A DNA stretch of 42,837 nucleotides from positions 1-42,837 of the forward strand of contig JAZDJN010000062.1 of NCBI GenBank assembly GCA_043803945.1, written 5' to 3'. A model generated the notes under the pieces. It worked only from the letters and a program-made list of their open reading frames with translations. It had not been told where the DNA came from and did no database searches. This stretch comes from a bacterium. Lineage in GTDB: Bacteria; Bacteroidota; Ignavibacteria; UBA10030. Position 1 is the stretch's first letter, and the number at the start of each line of letters is the position of its first letter. The translations under genes were made by a program, and so were the position numbers. This document shows, in pieces, positions 17,770 to 26,959 of this stretch.

Positions 17770-19773
17770 ATGGAGCATAGTACAACCGCAAGCAGTAATC
17801 TTCCAGCGAATGCGTACAAAGAATTAAAGGAGGGCGAAGAGTATCGTCCGATTATGGTGCCTGAGCAAACCTATGCAGAGGTGACACCCTGGTCTGTTGT
17901 CTGGGGACTCATCATGGCTGTGCTCTTCACGGCGGCGGCGGCCTATTCCGGATTGAAGATCGGGCAGGTGTTTGAAGCTGCAATTCCGATTGCAATTCTT
18001 GCTGTTGGTGTTTCGAACCTTGCCAAGAAAAAAGGGGCATTGGGAGAGAATGTGATCATTCAATCAATCGGGGCCTGCTCGGGCGTCGTGGTGGCAGGTG
18101 CAATCTTCACCATCCCTGCACTCTACATCCTTGAGCTTCCTATAAGCTTTTTCCAGATGTTTATGGCGTCGGCGCTTGGTGGTTTTCTGGGGATACTCTT
18201 TCTTATCCCCTTCAGAAAATACTTCGTTAAAGATATGCATGGAAAGCTTCCCTTCCCCGAAGGAACGGCAACAACCGAGATTCTCGTTGCTGGCGAGCGG
18301 GGCGGCGATCAGGCAAAGGTTCTCGCTATCAGCGCGCTGATCGGCGGAGTCTTCGATTTCTGTTTCAGCGCCTTCGGTTGGTGGGCCGAGACAATCACGA
18401 CAAGGATGTTTGCCTGGGGACAGACTATAGCCGGCGAAATAAAGATGGTCTTTAAATTCAATGTGTCGGCAATGATTTTCGGCATCGGTTATATTATTGG
18501 ATTGAAGTATGCCGCGATTATTTGCGCCGGTTCCTTCCTTTCCTGGTTTGTGCTGGTCCCTCTTTTTAATGAGATCGGGCAATCTCTTACCTCACCGCTC
18601 GGTGCAACCGCAACAAAGCTGATTTCACAGATGTCACCGGAAGAAATATTCCGCGGGTATGTCCGGCAAATCGGCATTGGGGGTATAGCCATGGCCGGTG
18701 TTGTTGGAATTCTCCGATCGTCAAAAATTATTGCAGGAGCGTTCAAGCTGGCAGCCAAGGAGATCTTCCACCATGAGACCGGGACGGAGACTGAAACTAT
18801 CCGTACTCAAACTGATTTGAGAATGCTCTGGATTGTCACACTGATCATTCTCACTGCTCTTCTGATCTTCGTTTTCTTTTATATCGGCGTTGTCTTCAAT
18901 CTCATCCATGCCATTGTCGGGTTATTAATTGTTCTGGTAATCTCATTTCTCTTTACGACGGTCGCAGCGAATGCTATTGCCATAGTCGGTACCAATCCTG
19001 TTTCCGGTATGACGCTGATGACGCTCATCATTTCATCATTTATCCTGACTTCAGTTGGGCTCAGCGGCAACGAGGGTATCATCAGTGCAATGATTATCGG
19101 AGGCGTCGTCTGCACAGCGTTGTCCGTGGCGGGCAGCTTCATCACTGATCTGAAGATTGGGTACTGGCTTGGATCGACACCGAAGAAACAGGAATCGTGG
19201 AAATTTCTCGGCGTGCTCTTATCAGCGGCGACAGTAGGCGGAGTGATATTGCTGCTCAATGAAGCGTACGGTTTCAAGGGCGACAAGGCAATGGTGGCAC
19301 CGCAGGCAAATGCCATGGCTGCTGTGATCCAGCCGTTGATGTCGAATGTCCCAACACCATGGATCCTGTATATTGCCGGAGCAGTGATTTCTCTTCTTAT
19401 GGTCGTGCTTAAAGTACCACCGCTGGCATTCGCACTCGGGATGTATATACCACAGGAATTGAATACACCTCTTCTCGTTGGCGGGTTTGTTGCTTGGTGG
19501 GTCTCAAACCGGTCGAAGGATGAAACGCTGAACAACGCACGATTTCAGCGCGGAACGCTCATTGCCTCAGGACTCATAGCCGGTGGCGCTCTGCTTGGTG
19601 TTCTCAATGCATTTCTTAAGTTTACCGATCTGCAGCTCTGGGAGTTTGGATACAGCAATTTGTTCCTCACACACTGGGCAGAATCTTCGAACGGTGAGCT
19701 TATGGGACTGGGTATGTTTGCGCTGCTTTTCGTTTATGTCATGTGGGACTCAATGCGCGGTAAACCGGAGTAA
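17770..19773 (+). CDS. OPT-family oligopeptide transporter
   Basis: GLKIG, ENVIIQ, LPFPEG, NPVSG, DLKIGYWLG.TP, APQA motifs; many TM helices; AGGAG RBS. Confidence 0.95.
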   Translation: MEHSTTASSNLPANAYKELKEGEEYRPIMVPEQTYAEVTPWSVVWGLIMAVLFTAAAAYSGLKIGQVFEAAIPIAILAVGVSNLAKKKGALGENVIIQSIGACSGVVVAGAIFTIPALYILELPISFFQMFMASALGGFLGILFLIPFRKYFVKDMHGKLPFPEGTATTEILVAGERGGDQAKVLAISALIGGVFDFCFSAFGWWAETITTRMFAWGQTIAGEIKMVFKFNVSAMIFGIGYIIGLKYAAIICAGSFLSWFVLVPLFNEIGQSLTSPLGATATKLISQMSPEEIFRGYVRQIGIGGIAMAGVVGILRSSKIIAGAFKLAAKEIFHHETGTETETIRTQTDLRMLWIVTLIILTALLIFVFFYIGVVFNLIHAIVGLLIVLVISFLFTTVAANAIAIVGTNPVSGMTLMTLIISSFILTSVGLSGNEGIISAMIIGGVVCTALSVAGSFITDLKIGYWLGSTPKKQESWKFLGVLLSAATVGGVILLLNEAYGFKGDKAMVAPQANAMAAVIQPLMSNVPTPWILYIAGAVISLLMVVLKVPPLAFALGMYIPQELNTPLLVGGFVAWWVSNRSKDETLNNARFQRGTLIASGLIAGGALLGVLNAFLKFTDLQLWEFGYSNLFLTHWAESSNGELMGLGMFALLFVYVMWDSMRGKPE

Positions 19774-19784
19774 GTGCCCACGTG

Positions 19785-19834
19785 AGAAGTCTGTCTTCTC
19801 CCAAAGATCAATCTCTATTAGAAGACAGACTTCT
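19785..19834. repeat. REP-like doublet, family B (AGAAGTCTGTCTTCT-N20-AGAAGACAGACTTCT)
   Basis: Exact 15-nt inverted arms at 19785-19799 and 19820-19834. Confidence 0.88.
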
Positions 19835-19913
19835 TATCATTGTCTTGCCCCATCTTTTCCACGGGGGTCCCTGACAGCCTGGCAAAAAGGAAGTCGGAAG
19901 GGTTTCTAATTTC

Positions 19914-20000
19914 ACAAGGGAGTCAGAAACCACTTCCTGACTCTCTCAGGAATTATGAGGGATTATTTTAACAAGGGGGTCAGGAACCATTTCCTGACTC
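19914..20000 (+). repeat. Repeat-spacer-repeat unit: two 30-nt hairpin direct repeats (family A) around a 27-nt spacer
   Basis: ACAAGGGAGTCAGAAACCACTTCCTGACTC (19914-19943) and ACAAGGGGGTCAGGAACCATTTCCTGACTC (19971-20000), 27/30 identical; spacer 19944-19970. Confidence 0.88.
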
Positions 20001-20043
20001 ATAGACAAGAATCGTTACTCATCACCTCAGGGAGGAGGCAGTT

Positions 20044-20595
20044 ATGGGTTTACGAGGAAGGCAACTAATCTCAAGCACCGACCATCTTTTTTTCGTTACC
20101 ACTACCGTAGTAAATTCCATTCGCATCTTTCAAGAGGATCGTTTCTGCTCTCTCCTGATCCAGAATATCAAGCACTACCAAAAACGGTATCAATTCGAGA
20201 TTTATGGATATGTTATTATGCCTTCTCATTTTCATTGGATCGTTGAAGTTGATCATCGATATGGCACTATCTCAGGAATTATGAGGGATTTGAAAAAATA
20301 TTCCGCGTGGGATATTATGGAGGCAGTAGAGAATGAACAGCGGTTAGACCTTCTCGAACAATTTCGTAATGCAGCAGCGGGATACAAAAACCAGCATCGA
20401 AAATTCTGGATGGATAGATTTGATGATGAAGTGATACACAATGAAGGGATGCTCCGTACCAAATTGGAGTATATTCATTACAATCCTGTAAAGGCGGGTC
20501 TTGTATTAAATCCTGAAGACTATCGCTATTCGAGTACAAGGAATTATATCTGCAATGATCATAGTATTCTTCAGGTGAAAACGGATTGGTGGTAA
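20044..20595 (+). CDS. REP-associated tyrosine transposase (RAYT), second, divergent member
   Basis: FFVTTTV, YVIMPSHFHW (HUH), KFWMDRFDD, LEYIHYNPVKAGLV, YRYSS; strong GGAGGAGG RBS. Confidence 0.93.
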   Translation: MGLRGRQLISSTDHLFFVTTTVVNSIRIFQEDRFCSLLIQNIKHYQKRYQFEIYGYVIMPSHFHWIVEVDHRYGTISGIMRDLKKYSAWDIMEAVENEQRLDLLEQFRNAAAGYKNQHRKFWMDRFDDEVIHNEGMLRTKLEYIHYNPVKAGLVLNPEDYRYSSTRNYICNDHSILQVKTDWW

Positions 20596-20621
20596 CAGAA
20601 ATTTTAGTTTAAAAGAATCTA

Positions 20622-20817
20622 CTGTCAGGGAGTGGTCCCTGACAGCCTGGTTGGAGGTTGGAAGATTCCGACTGCAGAAGTCTGTCTTCTTCAAAGGATT
20701 AACCTCTGTGAGAAGACAGACCTCTAATAAAAAACCTGGCAGCCTGCTTGGTAGGGTCTAACTGCAGAAGTTTGTCTTCTTCCAATGGTCAATCGCTGAT
20801 AGAAGACAGACTTCTAC
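20622..20817. repeat. REP cluster downstream of the second RAYT (one family A hairpin, two family B doublets)
   Basis: CTGTCAGGGAGTGGTCCCTGACAG 20622-20645; doublets at 20676-20725 and 20766-20815, each with a 20-nt loop. Confidence 0.88.
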
Positions 20818-21647
20818 TCAAGGTCACGTTGCCGGAAGATTTCCCATAAGAAGATCGCCATCGCGTTGGCGACGTTGAGTGAGTCAACGGAATGTTGAAG
20901 CGGAATATGGAGCGTCTGTGTACAGAGTTCCAGGACTTCTGGTGTCAATCCTGTATCTTCATTCCCCATCACCAGACAGACTTTTCCCCGAAGATTTGAA
21001 TTCTGCAATGGTACGGATCCAGCCGGGTGAGCACCAATGATCTGGACATTCCATTCCTCTTTGAGGTTGCGAAGTGTGTTTGCCAAGGAGGGAGCATGAT
21101 ACACACGCTGCTGAAATAGCGCACCCATAGAATTCCGTACAGCGCGCCGATAATATGGGCTAGCCGAAGATTCGCCGGCAATTACCAGGTTCACTCCGAA
21201 TGCAACGCTATTCCGGATCATCACCCCGATATTATCCGGATTCATCAGTCGATCCAACGCAAGCAGCAAACAGCTTTCAGGATGTTCGTTCAATACCGCA
21301 TGTGGTGCAACATCGGGCGGAACCCTGGCCAGCGCAAGCACAGGCTGCTGCACATCATATCCGACAAGATCAGCCATAACCTCACGATCGGTAAGATAAG
21401 TCTCCAGACTCAAAAATCGCGAGGAAGGAATCCTGGATTGCAGCCATTCCAATACTTGTTGTGTAGTAAGAATGGAAACCACATTGATGGCAGACTCCAG
21501 CAATCGATGGACAACTCTTTTTCCTTCAGCCAGGAAGAGCCCATCGCGTTGAAGCTCATAGGTATGTTTTCGCACCCGATACGGTTGGAGCGAAAGCAGA
21601 TTCAGGTCATCACCTGAAATGTGTCTGGCAAGAGGAAGAGTATCCAT
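20814..21647 (-). CDS. TrmH/SpoU-family RNA methyltransferase
   Basis: NPDNIGVMIRN, VMGNEDTGL, IPL...DSLNVA SPOUT motifs. Confidence 0.93.
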   Translation of the reverse strand: MDTLPLARHISGDDLNLLSLQPYRVRKHTYELQRDGLFLAEGKRVVHRLLESAINVVSILTTQQVLEWLQSRIPSSRFLSLETYLTDREVMADLVGYDVQQPVLALARVPPDVAPHAVLNEHPESCLLLALDRLMNPDNIGVMIRNSVAFGVNLVIAGESSASPYYRRAVRNSMGALFQQRVYHAPSLANTLRNLKEEWNVQIIGAHPAGSVPLQNSNLRGKVCLVMGNEDTGLTPEVLELCTQTLHIPLQHSVDSLNVANAMAIFLWEIFRQRDLE

Positions 21648-21803
21648 AGATGTTTCTATTATCTTTACAAATTATCATTCATGCAAGAAGTGCTTCCTCA
21701 TTTGAATTATCCCATATCTCTATCATCTTCCGAAAAAAGAAAAAATTGACTGTCACCACGAAGATCATTACTTTTTTCCCATCAGGTTTCAAAGGAGATC
21801 ACT

Positions 21804-23426
21804 ATGGATGAAGAGCAGGTTCTTGCAGCGTTGGCAAAGATTGAACAACGGGTAACCCGGATTGAAGAACATCTTGATCTGCATTCAGAACAAGAGGAAG
21901 AGAAGGTTCAGGCAGCCGTACCAACCTCCGCGTCTGATCCCGAGAGTGATGAAGATGAACTCGAGTATGAACTCGGGCAAAGTTGGTTTGCCAAAGCCGG
22001 CATCGTCGCACTCGCACTCGGAGTGATTTTTATTCTCACTTTTCCCTTTGCAGATATTCCATCGATAGCATTTGCGCTGCTCGGCTATGGTCTCGCCGGC
22101 GGGATGTTTGCTCTCGCTCATCTCTGGCGGCAGTCGTTACTCCTCATCTCTAACTATCTCCGTGGTGCTGCACTAGCCCTACTCTATTTCGCAACACTTC
22201 GCCTGTACTTCTTTGGAGAAACACCTGCGCTCACCACCGGTACACTGCCGGAAATTCTTCCACTGGTCGCAGCAGCGTCGTTTGTATTCCTTCTGGCGAT
22301 TCGCCGCCAGTCAGTTTACCTGACGGCACTTGCATTTATCACCGGTTTTGTCACGCTCATCGTTATCGATCAACTATTCTTCACGTTCCTTGGAATCGCG
22401 CTGCTCGCGGTGATAGCAACACTCTTGTATTTGCGGTTCACATGGACCTGGATCGTGGTTCTGAGCATGGTGTGCGGTTACCTCACTCATCTGTTATGGG
22501 CATTGAACAATCCGGTTCTCGGGCATTCCATTCAATTTCTCACTTCACCTCAATTCAACATTTTTCTCTTGCTGGTGTACGTTTCCATTTTCGCATCAGC
22601 GCCGTTATTACGCCCAGATCGCTCCCGTGAACAGTACAGCGTCGTGTTCATCAATGCCTTAAATGGCGCTCTTGGCTACGGAACACTGCTTATCTTCACG
22701 CTGGTTGCATACCACGACATTCGGATGATCGTTCAAATCGCCTCATCCTGTCTTCTGCTCTGTATTGCAATCCTCTTCTGGGTTCGGGAACAGAGCCGTT
22801 ATTCGACATTTATTTACGCGATGCTTGGCTATCAGGCATTGAGCATTGCTCTGTTGTTCTCCTTCGGCGTTCCTGAAGTCTTTGTTCTGCTGTCGCTCCA
22901 AAGTTTGCTCGTTGTCGCTACGGCAATTCTTTTCCGCTCACGATTTATCATCGTCGCAAACTTCATCATCTATCTATTCATTGTCACCGGCTATCTGGTT
23001 GTGGCGGAGCAAGAGACGGGCATCAGCATTGGATTTGGCATCGTGGCGCTGCTCAGTGCACGAATTCTTAACTGGAAGAAGGAACGGCTGGAGCTCCAAA
23101 CTGAAATGATGAGAAACGCCTACCTGGTTTCTGCATTCCTGGTGTTTCCCTATTCGTTGTATCACCTGGTACCGCAGGGGTATGTGGCACTTGCATGGGT
23201 TGCTGTTGCCCTTTTCTATTACTTTATGAACACCATCATCAAAAATCAGAAGTACCGGTGGATGGGTCACCTGACACTCATTCTCACCGCACTGTACGTT
23301 CTGGTTATTGGGATTATCCAGCTTGAGCTGATCTTCCGTGTGATCTCATTTCTCGTCCTTGGCATTGTTCTTCTCTCGGTTTCTATTTTCTTTACCCGCT
23401 TGCGGCTCAAAAAGCGGAAGCAATAA
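21804..23426 (+). CDS. Polytopic membrane protein (DUF2339-like)
   Basis: Coiled-coil/acidic N-terminus, ELGQSWFAKAG, many hydrophobic segments, RVISFLVLG near the end; AAGGAG RBS. Confidence 0.7.
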   Translation: MDEEQVLAALAKIEQRVTRIEEHLDLHSEQEEEKVQAAVPTSASDPESDEDELEYELGQSWFAKAGIVALALGVIFILTFPFADIPSIAFALLGYGLAGGMFALAHLWRQSLLLISNYLRGAALALLYFATLRLYFFGETPALTTGTLPEILPLVAAASFVFLLAIRRQSVYLTALAFITGFVTLIVIDQLFFTFLGIALLAVIATLLYLRFTWTWIVVLSMVCGYLTHLLWALNNPVLGHSIQFLTSPQFNIFLLLVYVSIFASAPLLRPDRSREQYSVVFINALNGALGYGTLLIFTLVAYHDIRMIVQIASSCLLLCIAILFWVREQSRYSTFIYAMLGYQALSIALLFSFGVPEVFVLLSLQSLLVVATAILFRSRFIIVANFIIYLFIVTGYLVVAEQETGISIGFGIVALLSARILNWKKERLELQTEMMRNAYLVSAFLVFPYSLYHLVPQGYVALAWVAVALFYYFMNTIIKNQKYRWMGHLTLILTALYVLVIGIIQLELIFRVISFLVLGIVLLSVSIFFTRLRLKKRKQ

Positions 23427-23497
23427 TCATGGAGTGAGAATCCTCTTTTTAATCACACCGGAAGTATGTTTGGGATTGTCCAAAATGTATCACGCGG

Positions 23498-23521
23498 GTG
23501 TCACGGTCCATACCGTGATAC
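23498..23521. repeat. Isolated hairpin GTGTCACGGT-CCAT-ACCGTGATAC (REP-like)
   Basis: 10-bp stem with one G-T pair and a 4-nt loop, intergenic, no U-tract. Confidence 0.5.
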
Positions 23522-23794
23522 TTGAAATCTGAACATTTTCCACAACATGCGTCACGAAATCCCTGCCCGCAACTACGCACCTTTCTGGCAAGGAGAATAC
23601 TCCCGAGAAATGCTTTTGTCTTTAGCATTTTTCACCGCGTAATTGTCGCACCCTGAGTAGCAACTTTAGAATATGATCTCATGCTGGAATTTTTCCCCGT
23701 TTTCTTCTACATTCATCCTGGAATCCAAACAACTACTATGCTGGGCCTTCGTCGTACATTCATCAGCATTTTCTCTCATACTACTGGAGGACTC

Positions 23795-25291
23795 ATGAAC
23801 AAAACTCACATACGCGCTATTGTCGTAACGCTTGTTCTGCTGGCAATAGCGGCAACGCTTGCATTTTCACAAAGCCTTGAACAAAAGGTGAAAGTGCACA
23901 AACTCAAAAATGGGTTCACGGTGATCTTCATCGAGAACCACGACTCGCCGACCTTTTTTGGTGTCTATGGTTTTAAAGTGGGCGCAGTTGATGAACCACC
24001 CGGCATTACGGGCACAGCTCACTTGTTCGAACATATGGCATTCAAAGGCACGCCCAAAATCGGGACGTCCGATTTCCAGAAAGAAAAACCGATTATGGAG
24101 CAATCCAACAAAGTCGGAAGAGAATTAAGCCAGGAGTTGGTTAAAGGCCCTGCAGCCGACAAAGAAAAAGTCAAAAGACTTTCCGATGAATTGCTCAAAC
24201 TCGATAAAGAACAGAAGCAATATGTGGTGAAGGATGAAATCGATCAGATCTATGCCGGTGTCGGCGGGACTGGACTGAATGCCTCGACCGGAAACGATGT
24301 AACACAGTACATCATCAGCCTGCCATCCAATCGATTTGAACTATACTGTCTCGTGGAATCGGAGCGGATGAAAAATGCCGTTCTGCGCGAGTTCTATACA
24401 GAACGCAGCGTCATTCAGGAAGAACGCAAGCAAACGACCGATGCAAGTCCGGCACGCATGCTCTCGGAAATGTTCATGGCCTCCGCCTTTATGGCCCATC
24501 AGTATAATCATCCGGTGGTTGGCTGGGCATCCGATATCAATTCAGTGACACTGGAAGAAGCAACTGCTTTCAAACAGAAATATTACACACCAAACAATTG
24601 TGTCTTAGCCATCGCCGGAGATGTCTATCCCGAAAAGGCAATTCCTCTCATCGAACAATACTTCAGCGACTGGCCGCGCGGCGACGATCCACCGCTGGTG
24701 AGGACGGTCGAGCCAAAGCAGCTTGGCGAACGCAGAGTGAAGTACGAAGCCGATGCCGAACCGCAGCTCATGATAGGATTTCATAAACCGACATTCCCGC
24801 ATAAAGATGATGCGGTCTTATCCAGCATTGCCACCCTCCTTTCGTCCGGCCGAACTTCGATCTTCTATAAAGATCTTGTCCGGGATAAACAGCTTGCCGC
24901 GAACGTGATGGCCTCAGCAACATACCCGGGTTCACGATACGACAATTTATTCGTAGTGATGGGGTCGCCGCGGAATCCCAATACCAATGAAACCCTTGAA
25001 AAGGCAATCATGGAACATCTTGAGAAACTCAAAACCGAACCCGTCAGCGAGAAGGAATTACAGAAGGTGAAGAACAATCTTGAAGCAAATTACCTTCGGG
25101 CCATGCAATCGAACCGCGGATTGGCCTCTACGCTGCTTCGGTATCAGTTGCTCTTTGATGATTGGAAGCTGTACTTAAAATCCAAGGAGATGATCAGCGC
25201 GGTAACGCCTCAGAATATTATGGAGTGTGCGAAAAAGTATTTCACCAGCGAGAATAAGACCGTTGGTTATCTGATCAAGAAATCAAAGTAA
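23795..25291 (+). CDS. M16-family zinc peptidase, catalytic subunit, with signal peptide
   Basis: HXXEH motif AHLFEHMAFKGT, LNAST, YYTPNN; start placed at 23795 after a GGAGG RBS. Confidence 0.93.
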   Translation: MNKTHIRAIVVTLVLLAIAATLAFSQSLEQKVKVHKLKNGFTVIFIENHDSPTFFGVYGFKVGAVDEPPGITGTAHLFEHMAFKGTPKIGTSDFQKEKPIMEQSNKVGRELSQELVKGPAADKEKVKRLSDELLKLDKEQKQYVVKDEIDQIYAGVGGTGLNASTGNDVTQYIISLPSNRFELYCLVESERMKNAVLREFYTERSVIQEERKQTTDASPARMLSEMFMASAFMAHQYNHPVVGWASDINSVTLEEATAFKQKYYTPNNCVLAIAGDVYPEKAIPLIEQYFSDWPRGDDPPLVRTVEPKQLGERRVKYEADAEPQLMIGFHKPTFPHKDDAVLSSIATLLSSGRTSIFYKDLVRDKQLAANVMASATYPGSRYDNLFVVMGSPRNPNTNETLEKAIMEHLEKLKTEPVSEKELQKVKNNLEANYLRAMQSNRGLASTLLRYQLLFDDWKLYLKSKEMISAVTPQNIMECAKKYFTSENKTVGYLIKKSK

Positions 25292-25310
25292 ATGAATGAA
25301 GGACACGACT

Positions 25311-26753
25311 ATGAACACCCAACGAATCGTTACTGCAATACTGTTCATCTGTGCATTGTTCCTTTGCTCATTTGCCCTTGCACAGAAACACCCACGGGAG
25401 CTTCCCGAACCAAAGCCGCTCTCCTTTAAACCTACAAAGCCGGTGCAATTTACCGTTGCCAACGGTATCCAGGTGTACTACTTCGAAGATAAAAATCTTC
25501 CGTTGATTTCTCTCAACGCCATATTCAAAGGCGGCGGATTGTACGAATCTCAGGAGAAAGCCGGACTCGCCTCGATGACCGGTTCCATCATGCGCACCGG
25601 AGGCACAAAAACTCTCACGGGCGACCAGATGGATGAAGAACTCGAATTCCTCGCTGCCTCAGTAAGTTCGAATATGGGCGATGAATACGCGAATGTCCGT
25701 GCCAACTGTTTGACAAAAGATTTTAAGAGAGTTCTTGAGCTTTTCGCCGATGTCATTATGAATCCCGAGTTCCGTCAGGATAAAATCGATCTCGAGAAAA
25801 ACCAGGCCAAGGAAAGTATCCGCCGACGCTGGGAGCAACCCGCTTCAACGGCGCGGCTGCTCTTCTCCGATCAAATGTTCGGTGGTACACCATACGGTTA
25901 TCGAACGACATTCAAATCCCTGAATTCCATTACGCGAGAAGATCTCAGAGCATTCCACGCACGATTCTTCGCTCCCAATAATATGACCATCAGTATCGTC
26001 GGAGACATCTCTCAGGCTGACGCAAAGAAGATGCTTGAGCAGGTATTCAAGAGCTGGCTGAAAACGAAAGTCGACCTGCCCGAAATTTCAAAACTGACGG
26101 AGAAAGCAGATGGAACAGTCTATTATGCTCAGCGTGAAACACCACAGGCAAGCATGGTCCTTGGGCACCTCGGTGTTAAACGCGGAAATCCCGATGAGTT
26201 TAAATTGAGTGTGATGAACGATATGTTCGGCGGTGGCGGATTTACTGCACGGCTGATGAAAGAGATTCGTTCAAATCGCGGCCTGACATACGGCATCTAT
26301 GGCGGCGTGCAATCTGGCCGTGACCGCGGGCTCTTTCAGGTCTCCTCACAGCTCAAAGCAGCCAAATTCGTCGAGGCGATTACACTCGTGAAGGACATCA
26401 TCAAGGATATGCAGAATAATCCTGTCCCCGATGAAGAGCTCACGCTTTCGAAAAAATCATTGATCAACAGCTTCGTGTTCCAGTTTGAATCGAAGGCAAG
26501 CATCGCTCAACAAACGATGATGCTGAAGTTGAATGGCTATCCGGATAACTACCTTGACACCTACGTCGAGAATATCTCGAAGGTCACGAAGAAGGATATC
26601 CAGGATGTTGCCAAGAAGTATATGGATCTCGACAAGATGATGCTGGTGGTGGTTGGAAATGACAAGATGTTCGATAAACCGCTTTCCACACTCGGCAAGG
26701 TAAAAGAGATCGATTACAAAAAGATTGCCGAAGAAGAAAAGGCTGAAAAGTAA
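25311..26753 (+). CDS. M16-family peptidase, non-catalytic partner subunit
   Basis: GLASMTG..MRTGG in place of HXXEH; RLMKEIRSNRGLTYG; signal peptide; AAGGA RBS before 25311. Confidence 0.9.
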   Translation: MNTQRIVTAILFICALFLCSFALAQKHPRELPEPKPLSFKPTKPVQFTVANGIQVYYFEDKNLPLISLNAIFKGGGLYESQEKAGLASMTGSIMRTGGTKTLTGDQMDEELEFLAASVSSNMGDEYANVRANCLTKDFKRVLELFADVIMNPEFRQDKIDLEKNQAKESIRRRWEQPASTARLLFSDQMFGGTPYGYRTTFKSLNSITREDLRAFHARFFAPNNMTISIVGDISQADAKKMLEQVFKSWLKTKVDLPEISKLTEKADGTVYYAQRETPQASMVLGHLGVKRGNPDEFKLSVMNDMFGGGGFTARLMKEIRSNRGLTYGIYGGVQSGRDRGLFQVSSQLKAAKFVEAITLVKDIIKDMQNNPVPDEELTLSKKSLINSFVFQFESKASIAQQTMMLKLNGYPDNYLDTYVENISKVTKKDIQDVAKKYMDLDKMMLVVVGNDKMFDKPLSTLGKVKEIDYKKIAEEEKAEK

Positions 26754-26770
26754 GAATAAAAGATATCCAG

Positions 26771-26798
26771 GGGCAGCACGTTGCACCGCGTGCTGCCC
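26771..26798 (+). terminator. GC-rich hairpin after the M16 pair (terminator-like or REP)
   Basis: GGGCAGCACG-N8-CGTGCTGCCC perfect 10-bp stem; lacks a U-tract. Confidence 0.45.
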
Positions 26799-26959
26799 TC
26801 AGGAGTACAGGTAATAATTCCTTCCACGAAGAGACACGAATCTTCACGAAGTTTATCTTTGCAGTGTATCATTTCCACTATGAAAATAATACACTGTTTT
26901 AACTTCGTGTAACTTCGTGGATACATAGTGAAGAGGAATCACATTCAAGGAGAATTGTT

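Noticed and set aside
19914-20000. Mini-array belonging to the type I system
   Set aside because: The repeats lack similarity to the CRISPR repeat (no ATTGAAAC end), the spacer is 27 nt rather than 35-37 nt, and the hairpin recurs as a REP-like element at 20622.
20002-20012. TAGACAAGAAT after the second repeat also occurs near 37424
   Set aside because: An 11-nt match is compatible with chance given the many comparisons made in 43 kb.
23681-23794. Longer N-termini called for the M16 peptidase (also for def and the NUDIX ORF)
   Set aside because: Downstream ATGs give family-typical N-termini, with better RBSs for the M16 peptidase and def.
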